The translations under genes were made by a program, and so were the position numbers. A stretch of DNA of 64,000 nt from the human T2T-CHM13v2.0 reference genome, Homo sapiens. Positions 47,601-62,040 of the stretch are shown piece after piece. How positions within the stretch are numbered: the stretch's first letter is position 1; each line of letters begins with the position of its first letter. The notes under the pieces were generated by a model. That model had not been told where the DNA came from. It did no database searches and was given only the letters and a program-made list of their open reading frames with translations. Location of the stretch: assembly GCF_009914755.1 (NCBI RefSeq), contig NC_060932.1; one strand, 5' to 3'.

Positions 47601-49999
47601 GAAAAAGGAATGGGATATTTTCTCCCTGTCTAGTGTGGTATGGTATTTTCATACTAGGTATGCATATAATTTATTTGTTGGTGGAAGAAGGTGAGAGAAG
47701 CTCACAGTCTTCTTAGCATAGTAGAGCTAAAAATATTAATCATGAGTCAGCCAAATACTTTTCCTTTATAAACACCCAAGAGTTTCTGGGCTTCCATGAC
47801 ACCATTAATCATAGAAGCAGATATTAGTTCAGTATCTTTAACCTAATTTTTTTAATATTCGTGACAGCTGTACATTGTAGTAAATACTGTAAGTTGTCTT
47901 CTCAATATCTCCCTTCTTCCTTGCTAACAACTCTGATTTTGTTCCCAGCTATAATCTAACGATATACAGCAGTGAATCATGATGGTCTAAAGTTAAACCA
48001 ATTATTTAGTCTTCCACATACTGAATATTCCAGGCTGCTTTGCTGGAAAATTAAGGCAGAACCATATGGTCCAGTTTAGGATAGAGACATAAGAGGGTAT
48101 CTTACAGGGATTCCCAGGAAAGATTTTGTATTTCTGATAAAAGGAGTATATGCGGTTGGCACTGCCCATTTTTTCCTTTCTTCATGCCTTAAACATGCCC
48201 ATAGTTACAGTAGCCAACTTGTGACCATGTCACCACAAACATGAAAATAAAAAGTGAACCCTCTAGGCATGCCACAGCAGAAAGACAGGAGCAAAATCCT
48301 TGTTGATCTTGTTAAGTAGTTGAATCAAGATCTACCTACTTTCTCACTCTTCACTTTTTCTTATATGAACAAAATAAACCCTGATTGTTTAGGCCATGGT
48401 AAGGTTTTCCATTAGTTAAAGCCAAAAGCAACATTTAAGTCACTGTGTCTACCAGGCCATTTACTATACTTAGCAATTACATAATAAATGGACCAATAAG
48501 ATAATTGAAATAAAACGCACTTTAAAGGTCTGTTCTAACATACTTTTTTCATTTTATCTCAGCCAAATGCAGTTTTATCTACCCAAAACTGAAAATAATC
48601 AGACAATGGCAAGTGTTGCTAACTCAACAAAATAGATAATGGAATACAGGGTGACTATCATTAAATAGGGCAGGTATCATTTGATAGGATGGCCAAAAAC
48701 AGCCTGCTTGTTCTCCCACTAGAAATTGTGAGAAGCATCAAGATACGTGGGATTAATCTGAATTAGATTATTTTCCTTGAATGTTCTTCCTAATCTCTGT
48801 GTCTTTCCTCATTCCTTTCTCTTTGCCTGTAATACTTCCCACAATTATTTTTCTGTGAACCACCAACCTGACCTTTAATACGCCCTCCTTTATGAAGTCT
48901 TACCTGATCCTCCCTAGACAAATGTTCTCGCTCCTGTTCTGATTCTGTCAATGTGAGTACTGTGACCTCCTCTGCAATACCTATGATTCTCTCTGTTAGA
49001 TATTTCAGAAATGAAACTGGAATCATTGTAAGGGAAATGTACCACAGAATGGACAGGGTTAGAGTTGGCCTTAGGAATAACTGGATATGAGGATTTAAAC
49101 ACGAAATCCTGATGCACATTCTATCACGTTCAGGAATTGAATAATTACTGCTTCCAAGAATTTTGTGAATATTTAAAATATGTGGCTTAGTAGAACTGTT
49201 TTACTATCATGAAAGCATTTTATAAAATTCATATTCAGATGACATCTTAATTCATCAAGAGTATGTAAAAAGATACAATTGAACTAAATGGACTAAAGAT
49301 GCTATGAAGGAAAATAGCGTGTTGAAGAACGATGCACATATGTTCGCAAACAAGTATAACCACAATGCAATGTGATAACGGTTATATTAGTTGCATATAT
49401 AAACTACCACAAAAGAAACATTGAAACGTCTGTTAATTCCAGCTGATAGAATCAGGATAAGCATTCATGAATAAATATTTGAGATGGATCTTGAAGGTTA
49501 ATTGGTATCCAAAGTCAGTAGGACATGCACAAAATAGAAAGTAGCCTGGGCACAGGTGCTATGGTTGGAAAACAAATAGTATATACTTGGAGGATGGGAA
49601 CAAACTTCTTTTAAAGCTAGGAAATCTGTGGGTAACTATTTAGATAGTTGCAGATATGCAGAAGAATTGCCACTGTAAAAATAAGAAGTAATATTTAGGA
49701 ACAAATACACTTAAAAACAGATGCATCACTATTTCTAAAGCCCTTTCCGAGAGAATACAGCTCAGAACCCAGCTGTTGGTTCACAAAATTGTCTACTGAT
49801 ATGCCAAGATACCTTGGAAGTAGGCTATAAACATTTTGTTTACAGATATGATATGGAAATTTTTAGTTTTATCTCTAAGACTAAAAAATATTTATAAATG
49901 TATGTTTTCCCTTTTTAAGAATGACAGCTTTATACTCTCTTCCCACTTCTGTAGTTTCCAGTCTCCATAAACATACATTTCCTTTAATGGACAATTATT

Positions 50000-50310
<311 letters not shown>

Positions 50311-50590
50311 AATTAATTGTTAATTAAGAAAAGAAATGTGACTTCAAATATTTGCTAATTAAAATATCTTTTTAAAAAAATTCTACAGTTCACACTAATG
50401 ACAATAAAGTCAATGATCTTACTCATTCCAGTCACCTGAGCACCCCATAAAATTTCAAATATAGGTATGCCCTACAATGGCTACTATTTTGCATCAGTAA
50501 CCTCAAGTTACATAGATATTATGTATCAAAACAAAAAAATCCAGGTTTCTTCTGTGAAACCCACAAATATTTCAGACAAGCAGAAATGCA

Positions 50591-50947
<357 letters not shown>

Positions 50948-52503
50948 TTACGTAAACATTGTGTCATGCATTTCAATATTACTTCAAAATCATCAGTGGC
51001 CCTTTTAGAAAACAGAGAAAGAGAAAGAGGACAGCATATTTAAAAAAAAAAAAGTTTGCCCATCTGAGCAGATCACACCAATTATATTTGAGCAATAGTA
51101 TATTGCTCAATATCATTACTCAATATCATTACTCAATATCATTACAATATTGATATTGCTCAATATCATTACTTTTAGTCCATCACATAACAATACTTGT
51201 AAACACAATTTGTCTGGACTATTATTTTTCCTTAGGAAGACTCATAAGAAATCACATTGTACACACAGTTCTGAGAATTTAAAAATATGTATTCAGCATT
51301 CATTTTGTTAATTTATGTTTAGTTAATGTTAGTGATGTAAAAATTTTAACAGGTAGAAAGAAAAGCACTGAAATAAATAGATAATCTCAGTATTATGGAC
51401 AAAAATGTTTTCATACAATGAGTCATTGTATTCTCTTGTCTACTATTTCTTATACCATTAAGATAGACTCTTTACACAAATTATAATTTGATTCAAATTC
51501 CCTTTAAGATCCTATATGATTATCTTTGATACTGTAACCTTTTTAACTTCTTAGTTTCTATAATAATTTCCATTCATCTGACTTCTTGAGAAAATTTATA
51601 GGAGTCAGTAAATTTTGTCAAGCATTCTAGCAATAAAGATTTCTGAGTATTGCTACTTATTTTACTATACAACATTAATGAGTGCTCTGACCTTCCAAGA
51701 ATCAATTTGATCTGACAGATTGTAAATTTATCAAATACATAGGAAGTAACACCTGTTTTACTCGCACTTTAATTTATTAGCAAAGAATCCTGAACGGAGT
51801 AGAAAATCAAGAAATATATTATTTGAATAGAATTTATTTTTCATTGGTGTAACTAGTCTGTTTCTTATATAACGGTACTAGTAAAACACATCCATTTAAT
51901 TCACATAACAATTGATGAAACCCACCTACCCCTGGTTCTTAGTGTTTGAACTTCAACTTATTTAAATAGTCAAAATAGCTGACTTTAACATAATGAGATA
52001 ATAGAACTGTGAGAAAGTATTTGTTATAAAACAAGTCAACACAAAAGCAGAACAAACTAAAAGCTTTAGTTACTCTTTAGTGTGAAACAACCTGAAGTCT
52101 TTTAGTTATCATTTATAACTGACCAATAATAATCATTGCATCTTTGCAGTTCAAGATGAGAGTTCAAACATTGGATTTCCATCTAACAAAAGTTTCATTG
52201 TATTTCTTAAATACTGGATGAATAGAATCCTGCTACTTAAAACTACCTAAGTAAATAAACCCGAAGTCAAAAATTACTTAACCTCTGTAAAACAAACTGA
52301 GTCGTTTCAACTGTAAAATGGCAATAGCTAAAATACCTGTAACTTACCGGGCTGTTGTTAGGGTCAAATAAAATTATATATGTAGAAAGGAGCTGTAAAT
52401 TAATAATCAAATATTGGATATCATTTCAATTTGTGCAATGTAATTATTTAATATACATGCAGCACCCCAGTGTTTGGCCATTTTACTCTTCTAAAATACT
52501 TAC

Positions 52504-52660
52504 TGGTATACACAAGTTGAAAGCCTTCATCTGTCCCTTCAGTATCGGAATTAAATTCTAGCCAGAGTTGATTTGAAGTACTACTAAGTGTCAGTCCGCG
52601 CATAGATGCACCAGTAAAAGCACCTAGTAGATGAGTCGTTTTATCTTTTCCATCATAAAT
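52504..52660 (-). CDS. CSMD3: CSMD3 coding exon, C-terminal half of a CUB domain (157 nt, phase 0 to 1)
   Basis: Minus-strand acceptor tattttgcag|ATT and donor ACCA|gtaagt. Translates IYDGKDKTTHLLGAFTGASMRGLTLSSTSNQLWLEFNSDTEGTDEGFQLVYT(S), a CUB motif. Lies inside ORF 52448..52699. Confidence 0.95.
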
Positions 52661-55515
52661 CTGCAAAATATATTTATAATTAAAATGTAAATGTGCCAAT
52701 AATAATCAATTCAGAGCATGTATTTGTATCTATGAAAAAGAGAAAAGTGTACTTTTTCTAAATCAGATCAGTACATTTCCAAAGGGCAACTAAATATATT
52801 GGTTTCTATGAACACAAGGTTAAGGAAGTTAGAATTCACATGTATAATTTTAAAATTCCAAGCTTAGTGTACTTTAAGTAATACTTGAATCAGGTGATAT
52901 AGCTTCTTTTCTTATTATTTTAAAAATGCTTTTTCTGGGAGACAATTTAAAATTAAGAATACCTACCTAAAGATTGGTTTCTAAAGTTGGTTACTTGGTT
53001 ACTTGGCTGTTTCTCTGCAACTTTCTCAAGATCAAACATTTACTTTTCCAACAACATGACTAACATAAAATATATTTGTGTCTGGTGCAATTGTAACTTT
53101 TCCATGCTCTTTAACTTGTTTCATATTTGACATTTTTAAAATATTAAATTAAAGGAGGTCTAAATGCTTTTAGAAACTAATTTAATAAAGCAAAAATACA
53201 CAAAAATGAAACTGATAAGCTCCCACACATCATTCTCATTTTTCTGAAAGTATAACTGCTTATTGCACTCTAATTTGTTTTTCTTTTATCATTATAGACA
53301 TCTCTTCAGGTCAGTAATATAGATTCTTCTGTTTGAGAGATGTATGGTGACTCCATCATAACTTGCTCTACCGTTCCCGTATTAATGAACTCAAGTTTTT
53401 GCCACTACAAGTAATGCTGATATAAACACTCTTTTACGTGTAACCTCATGTTTTTTGGTACTTGTACTTCAGCAAAAAAGTTCTAGAAATATGAGATATC
53501 TAGAAATACGGGATATGAAATATGGGACATGTTCATATATTTCTAGATAGTTTCCTAAAAAGTGTGTAGTAATTAAATCCAGGGTTTACCAACAATGCAT
53601 ATTACCATTCCTTTTCCTGTAAGGCATGCATTCTCAACATAATCATTATGACCCCCAAAGGTGTAAAAATTGGTTCTTGGGAGCAATAATATTTTAGGTA
53701 TCACAATGATTTGTGGTTTCCCAAAGATCAACTCTCCCTGACAGACTTTATTCCATACTATTTTGTTTCATGGAGTTTCATGGGCTTCTTAGGTGAACAA
53801 TAACAACAAGAAAAATTGGAGAATACTGCTTGAAGTTACTGATCTCTTAGCTCAGATTGCCTTACTTACTCATGGCCTGGTATTAGAGTAAAAATTATGT
53901 TGTTGGATTCTACATCTAGGGATCTTGCCATAGCATAAATGTTCCTCCATAATTACATTGATGTCACCTAAGAGATGATGTTTTAGGTGGTACACAATGG
54001 AATGTTTTATTATTATTATATTAATCTGAATAATATATTTTTTCTTATACTAGATTGTTGGTTTTAAACCGATGATTTATTTAGAACGTTTCAATATGAT
54101 CTATAAATAAAAACTTGTGAATAATTAACCTTTCTTTCAAAGTAACTTTATTAGAATTTAATGTTAAGGTTATGCCAAATTTTTTTCCACGGCTCCTAAA
54201 TGTTCTCTTCTAACCACATTAACCTAAACATTTTCTACACAGAAATTCTAAGTCTCCACTGACAAGGCCTTTCTTGCACGCTCCATTTGTAATTGATGGA
54301 ATCTATAGACTCACGTGTACCCTCTAGGCTTCTACAGTTTGTTTACTTGTTCTTTACAGCAGAGAGAGAAGGTAGAAATAAGAGAAAGTAAGGAATTGAG
54401 AATCTTAAGTTCAAGGCGACATGGTCATTGAATTCCTAACAGCAAACATTACTTGGTCTCTCTCTTTTTATACACTCTGTCAAGTTTTTAAAAAATGTAC
54501 ATTCACTCTTGAGAGTATTTGGATACTAGAGGGCTGTATACACAAATTTCCTAATATTATAAGGGAATATCTTGAATCCCTGGAGGAATCTAATTTATCA
54601 TGCAAATAAGTTTCTGTTTTAGTTATCAGCAAGAATGTATCTGTCTTCAACAAAACCAAACCAAATGTTGAGGTTGGTAGCTCAGGCATGCATGATTTTT
54701 GTTTGATTACATAACATTCAACTTTTCATTTCTTAAGAATAGTAGTCATTGGGATAATGCAGAGGTAAGAAAACCTTGCTTGTGGCAAAATATAACTTGT
54801 ATGTCTGTGAGTCTGAAATGTTCAATATTCTCAAAAGTATGCTTCTGAATACATTCATTTTATGATTCTATATTACATAGTAAATAAATTCTTTGTTTAG
54901 AGCTACACATTCACAATCAAATCATTTAACCACTAGATCCAGTGGATCTTATTTGTGGTAATATTATCAAGGTATCCCCAAATAATATTTTCCTTGTGTT
55001 CCCCTTAACTTCTCACCAACATATAATTTAATTGCTATGAAAAATATAAATATAAATAAAATACAATCAATTGTTTCTTGGATAAAACTATTTCTCTATT
55101 TATGTGTGGATACATTGTAAGAACTTTCAGTTTGCCAAAAATAGCCAAATAAAGGGAGAATATAAATGGAACAAGTAATTAATGTAACTGGGGAAATAAA
55201 AATTGGATGTTGAAATTTGTTTCTAATTTCTTTAAAAAGTCTTTCCTAATTTTTAAAAAATCTTCAGGAGTAATGAAAAGCAAAAATTAATGATAGTAGA
55301 AACTATTACTTGATACATATAAATTTTTCCTATATATAACAATGTAAAAACTAACAAAATAAGTCAACATTTAGTTATTTAGTTCTAAGCCTTTGTTAGG
55401 TGCTGTAACTAAAATTAAAAAAATAACATAGTAAGACATCATTCTTAACCTGAAGATCAAAAACAAATTAACACAAAATTGTCTGTATATTAGATTAGAA
55501 GCACACAGCATACAT

Positions 55516-55831
55516 TTTTTTTCCTTTTGTTTTCTTTTTTATTTATTCATTTTTTTGACAGGGTGTCTGTTGCCCATGCTGGAGTGCAATGGTGTGATTA
55601 TGACTCACTGCAGCCTCAACATCCCCCAGTTCAGGTGACCCTCCCATCTCAGACTCCCAAGTAGCTTGCACTACAGGCACACCCCACCAAGCCTGGCTAA
55701 TTTTTGTATTTTTTATACAAATGGGTTTTGCCATGCTGCCCAGGCTGGCCTTGAACTCCTGGACTAAAACTATCTCCACACCTTGGCCTCCCAAAGTGCT
55801 GGGATTACAGGCATGAGCCACTGCACCAGGC
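55516..55831 (-). mobile_element. Alu (AluJ-like)
   Basis: Reverse Alu with TSD cagcatacat (55506-55515 and 55831-55840), followed by (TA)n. Confidence 0.9.
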
Positions 55832-57679
55832 AGCATACATATATATATATATATATATATGAAAGAAGCTTTTTATAAGACACATTAAAAAAATAATCAT
55901 TTAAAGAAAGGGCATGATAAAAGAGCTAGTACTTTCAGGAAAGAAAAATTATTTTAAGTACAGCTGGGTGAATATAATTCAGTAACAAAATCTGCTAACT
56001 ACAATTTATTTAACACTGTTGAGTCAAAAGGTAGAAAACAAATACTGCTGAAGCTCCACTATAATCATCAAAATAAAATGAAACTGGATCATTCAACTGT
56101 TAAATTTTGGAAGCATGCATAAAATTGCTTAATCAACATGAAAGGCAAGTATTAATTAGGAAGCCCTTAAAAAGAGAAGATTTTTATAGTAATGATCAAG
56201 TCAATGCTATTTAACTCATAAATAAAATCCTTCAAATTTAGTCAAATATATGAAAACATAAAGGCAACAAAGGGAGAAAGCAGTGTAACCAAAGATAAAT
56301 TACTTTTAAAGTGGTCATGAATACAAGCATACAAATAAGAAAACAAAACAAACAAAATATGCCTTTTGTTCAAAAGTAAATAAACAGTACAGAGTGATTA
56401 AATTGGGTCTGACTAGAGCCGTAGGACTTTTATTTGAGACTCTTAGTGCTCATATTTCTGTTCTAATTAAAATCAAGACCTTTAAGTATGTTTTTGTTTA
56501 TTTAAGCATAATATCCCCTTTCTTTTTGTTTAATATGTATTATTATTATTAAGTTGACTTAAGGATTAATATCATGAAAGTTATTGATGGCTTTTATAAT
56601 GTTAATGAAATTCTTTGCTGAGACTTTAATTTGTTAAAAGGTTGCAATTGTCTGATTACTTACACCAGAACAAACTAAAACTTAACATTGCCATGTTTTA
56701 ATTGCCAAAACTTTTTGTAATAAATCTAGGCCTGAAATTAGTTATGGTGTACAGACTCTCCTGAATCCAGTAGGTTGAACCGTATTACAACAAACTACTT
56801 ATCAACACTCAAAACTCTTGCTGTTGTGAATGATATGATAAATATATAAATAGAAGGCATATTCTAACTCATTTATCTAATGAATTAGCAATTAAGGTGT
56901 TAACATCAATCCAAGAGCAAAAAGTAAATATAAAAGTAAAATGTGAAGACAGAAATTACACATGAACATATGTATAATCATATAAATCTCCAATTTATTC
57001 CTCCTCTTGGATCCTAGCATTTTTACTTTTGGTCATTTGTTTTATAGGTTGATTTGGAAATTAAATACATTTTCTAAAAAGGTGAATTAGATGTCAAGTT
57101 TGCATATAAAATAAAGAACAATTTTTATAATGGTCAATCAAAAAAGTCTCTATTCTAAAACTTTTAATATTCTCTCCAAAGATAATATAAAATAGAGTAG
57201 AGAACTTTTGTTTGCATTCAATTATTTAGGTTTCTAAAACAGCTACATAATGTATTCTCAATTATACGAGCTAGTATGTTTTAGTGAAGGAGAAGGGGCA
57301 CAACGAAGGACCAACTTTACAGGGGCATTCGGTTTTTTGTTATATAATAGAGTTGAACTTCCAACTCTACATTAAAGTTCTGCAGCTTATTACAAATCAT
57401 TTTATTTTCCTTATCCTTAATGGAAGAGGATGAAGGGTTTTATGAGGCCTAACATAGCAGTCTCTACAAATTGGCACTTTGAGAGTGCTTTTGAAGGGAG
57501 AGTTAATACAGAATTCCAATGAACAGCAAGCAGAATTGGCAGATATGTGTGCTGGACATATAAGATCACCGGTGTGCTGGAAAATGTTTAACAACCAACT
57601 CTCAAACAAACAACAAACAAAAAACTGCTAAATGTGTATACTTGTACATAAGGTTTTTAAAATAACATTTATTGCAATA

Positions 57680-57904
57680 CAGAGATATTGACAAACTTTT
57701 TCTAAGAAGGGTTAGATAATAAAATTTGAGGCTTTGAGAAGCATACCATTTCTGTCACAACTACTCAGTCCTGACATTGTGGCACAGGAGCAGCCATAGA
57801 CAATATGCAAATGAATGGACATGGCTTTCTCCCAATAAAATTTTACTTACAAAAACAAGTGTCAGGCCTAATTTGGCTCACACACTGTTGTTTTCCAATC
57901 CCTG
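57680..57904. mobile_element. MER58A-like hAT MITE nested in a larger hAT relic (MER63-like, about 57568-58700)
   Basis: cagagatattgacaaacttttt...ctgtcacaactactcagtcctgacattgtggcacaggagcagccatagacaat...ttccaatccctg. The flanks carry ggtgtgctggaaaatgtttaacaacc. Confidence 0.7.
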
Positions 57905-60900
57905 ATTTTAGGGAGGTGTCGAGCAATGTACAAATAGTAATAAAATATACAATATTCATGACCATACATTTCATATAACTAATTGATTTTTACAGAATGC
58001 TTTTATTGTTTTTGCCAGACTTTTGTGTATGCAATTTATGATTGCAACTGACAAACAAGAGTATTTCCTAAATAAATACTGCTTGATCATCTTTAATGTT
58101 AACAAATAAAAGGAAAGTGAAAAATCAAAAACAGGATTATGTCAGAACTTCATTAGTTTGTAAATGATATGAGCAACTAATTTGGTTAATTAAATAATAG
58201 TTTTCAAATACTGAAAAAAATATTTCTTCAATATATAGTGCTACTCATAATGTAATGGGCACAGACACAACCCATTTCCACTTAAATCTATGTAATAAGC
58301 AAACAACAAGTTAAGCCATGTTTTGTAGCATTTGCCAATTTCTACAGTGTAAATACTCCCATTGGCTGACATCAAGCTATCATTGAATGTGAATGTGATG
58401 TCATTGAATGTGGAGTTGGTTAGAGACCACAGTGTGGCATGGTATTTCTACCATAGGGATACAATATACATAAATAACCTCAAAAGCACAGATAATAGTA
58501 AAAGTATTCCAATAATTAGAAAATTTTAAAAATTATATGTATTGCTCTTGTTTTTAATATAATTTAAGTTAATTTAATTGTAGTTTAATTACAATCTAAT
58601 TGTAATATAACTTAATTTTTGGTACTGGCTATGTTCAACAATCAGCTCTCAAAATTACTGAAAATTTAACAATAGCCTGTCATAAGTGCTATTCCCAAAG
58701 ACTCACACATAGATAGGAAAGAAACTTGAAAATAATACACTTTAGAAAACAACAGGTTAATAACTTTATCATGTCTCTACAAGAATGTTATTAATCAAGT
58801 CCTTTGAGTATCTAATTTTTCATAAATGTGACATCATTCCTCCTAACCTTTTCTTTCCCAGTTTCAAAAGCAATTTTGCGTTACTTTACTGGCTTTTCTC
58901 CATAATCATCCATAGTCTACATTTTGCATAAGAAATAAATCTTTAGACTACACAATTGTAACCGTGGTAAAAAGATTGCCTTGAATTTTGGAATAGAATA
59001 AATTCTTTTCCAAAGAATAAAGGAATGCCCTGCTACATTCCTTTATTCTGAACATTGTCCTTAGTTTTTATTTGAAAATAACAACAAACACAGCAACAAT
59101 GAAAACAGAAAATAGTATTTCTCATTGGTATTCAATTTTCATTCTACCAGGCTGACAATGGGAGCTATTTGATGTTAATTGCACAGAGCCTACATATAAT
59201 AAACCCCTCTTATGAATGTTAATTGAAAGAATTAATTAGATTACATATTTACAAGTAAGGGTGAGGGAAGAAGTTCAGTATTTCTGCAATATCCTATGCC
59301 ACTTTGAAAAAAATAAAACAATCAGACCCCAAACAAACTAGAGAAACATTCCCTAGATGAGTTAAGCGGAGAACAAATTAGTTAGGTTCTGATTTAGGTT
59401 TCTTAGACAGGACCTTGCATCTTACCCTTTTTGTAGGAGGAATAATAGAATGCCAATAATTAGACAATAGAGGGAACATGTACCTGGCTTTCTATCTGGA
59501 GCCCAGAAAGGTGGCAAACATGCTTGCAGAAAAGAGGTAGGAAAAAAAAAAAAAAAAGATACTGGGGGTTGGTCAGGCAATTGATCCTGAGCCAGCCACA
59601 TGGAATTCTGGTGTAACTCAGTGTCATATACAGAGTAATTGAAAAATGCTTCTTATGAGCAGAGCAGAATATACTACAGAGAGCTGGTAGATGCAAAGAG
59701 GTTTTGCAGTTGGGATAACTAGGATCCAGCAGTGGATGCCCAATTGTACTGCTGACTTCAGACCAAGTAGCAAATGAGAGAGCTCAGCAGCTGTTGCCAC
59801 AAACAGATAATGCCCTAGGACAAAATGCACTTTTTATTTTTGACAACTTGAAGTCTTGATGCCAAAATATGTGCAGACGTTGAATTGGCAAATACAGAAT
59901 TGACTGAGTTTATCCTGAATTGACCTAGATTAATTTTCCCACTGCCCAGCAAAAAGGTTGTTGAAAATAAAAATTAGGTCATTTATACAAAAATCTTTTG
60001 CTACATTTCTTGCAAATTTTGATCCAGACTCTGAAATGTATTCCTATTACATGAATATTCACTGAATATTTTTGCAGGGGCAGGCACTGTGCTGAGTGCT
60101 TTATAAACATCATTTAATTTAAAAACATTATCTAATTTAGTCATTACAGCAATCCTGAATTTAAGTTTTTATTATTATCAGAATGTTTCAGGGGAGGAAG
60201 GTGAGATTTAGAAATCTGGAGTAATTTTTTCAATAATTGTGTGACTATTAAGTGACAGGTTTGAGATTTGAACCTAGGTTTACCTGTCCCTAAAGCCCAT
60301 TCTTAATGACAAAATAGGTGTGTAGAAAAATAATCCAAAGCACAATATGTTTTCAAAGGTTAGAATAAATTTGTGTAATGTTGATTGAGTGGGCATGTTT
60401 ATCTAATAATATATCACCAAATATAACCCTAAATTTTATTAGCTATATTTGGACAAAATAACATGGCAATGGGGGAAATATTTAAAAGTAACTATGTTTT
60501 ATAAAAATATATTCACTTTTATTAGATTAGAAACAATAACAATTGAACTTAATTAGAAAGGAAATATGTTTCTCTTGCTTTACATAGAAAGTAGCTGAAA
60601 TTATATAGTAAATTTGTCCTTTCTAGAAGAAAAAAATGTTTATGGAGCATTTACTATACGACAAGCATTGTTCCTAGATGCTGGAGTTAAAGTGGAGTTA
60701 AATAGTTCCTGCTGTCTTATAGCATGCGTTCTATTGGAGAAGACAAAAATTAAAGGAATTAACTATGAATGCATAATATTTCAGGTTGTAGATCAGTGCT
60801 ATGAAGAAGAATAAATCAGATTAATAATGGAAAGAGATGATGGAGGTGAGTTTACCAGTTTATAGGAGGGCCCATTGAAGACTCTGATCATATGACATTT

Positions 60901-61004
60901 GAGTAGAGACCTGAAGGAAATGAGGGACACAGCCATGTGGTTATCCTGAGGAAGAATATGTAAGCAGAAGAAATAGCCTGAGCAAACGGCTTGGTGTTAG
61001 AGCA

Positions 61005-61440
61005 TGTGATATGGTTTGAATGTTTGTGCCTTCCAAATCTCATGTCGGAATGTGATTCCACTGTTGGAATTGGGGCCTGGTGGAATGTGATGGCATCATG
61101 GGGGCAGAACCTTCGTGAATGGTTTAGCACCATCCCATTGATATAAGTGATTCTCTCTCAGTTAGTTCACGTGAGATCTGCTGGATTAAAAGCGTGGAAC
61201 CTGTTGTCCCTTTGCTCTCTTGCTCCCTTTCTCACCACGTAAAACACCAGCTTCTCCCTTCACCTTCTGCCACAATTGTGAGCTTCCTGAGGTCCTCACC
61301 AGAAGTCCAGCTGATGTTGGTGCCATGTTTGTAGAGCCTGCAGAACTGTGAGCCCATTTAACCTCTTTTCCTTATATATTATACAGCTTCAGGTATTTCT
61401 TTATAGCAATGTAAAAAAAAAAGAGGGAGGCCTAATATAG
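61005..61440 (+). mobile_element. MaLR LTR (MST-like)
   Basis: tgtgatatggtttgaatgtttgtgccttccaaatctcatg...cagaactgtgagccc...tatttctttatagcaatg...ctaata. Confidence 0.85.
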
Positions 61441-61687
61441 CATGCTTGGTATATTTGAGATACTGCAGGGAGGCCATTATGCCTGGAGTGGAGTGAGCTA
61501 AAGGAAGAGTGGCAGGAGAAAATGTCAGGCACAGTAAAATTACGCCAAATCATAGGGCTATCTAAGCCATGGTTAGGGCTTTAGATTTTACTTATAATGA
61601 GATGAGGAACAAAAAAAGGTTTAGAGCCAAAGCATAACATGAAAAAGGGTCACTTTTGTTGTTGATTTGGAAACAGTCTATAGAGTA

Positions 61688-62040
61688 TGCTATGGTCTCA
61701 ATATTTGTGTCCCCGCAAATTTGTATGTTAAAATCCTAACCCTCAAGGTGATGGTATTAGGAAGTGAGGCCTTTGGGAGGCTAACTGGTCATGAGGGCAG
61801 AGTTCGTAAATGGAATAAGTGCCCTTGTAAAAGATACCTCAAAAAACTTATTCTTCCCTTTCACCATGGAGTTCACAATATGAAAATGACTCTTTGAGGA
61901 AGGTGGCCATCATCAGACATAATCTGCTAGTGCCTTAGTCTTGAACTTACCAGCCTTCAGAACTTCAAAAAATAAATTTATGTCGTTTATAAACCACCTG
62001 GTCTATGTTATTCTGTTATAACAGCTCACATGATCTAAGA
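61688..62040 (+). mobile_element. MaLR LTR (MLT1A-like)
   Basis: tgctatggtctcaatatttgtgtcccc...aataaatttatgtcgtttataaaccacc...ctaaga. Confidence 0.8.

Noticed and set aside
48790-49119. 109-aa ORF as an independent gene
   Set aside because: No recognisable domain, promoter or CpG island. Only the internal donor site is noted, as a possible cryptic exon.
51108-51173. Short repeats considered as a CRISPR-like array
   Set aside because: The 13-nt units are mostly adjacent with no unique spacers and no cas genes, and the context is a mammalian intron.
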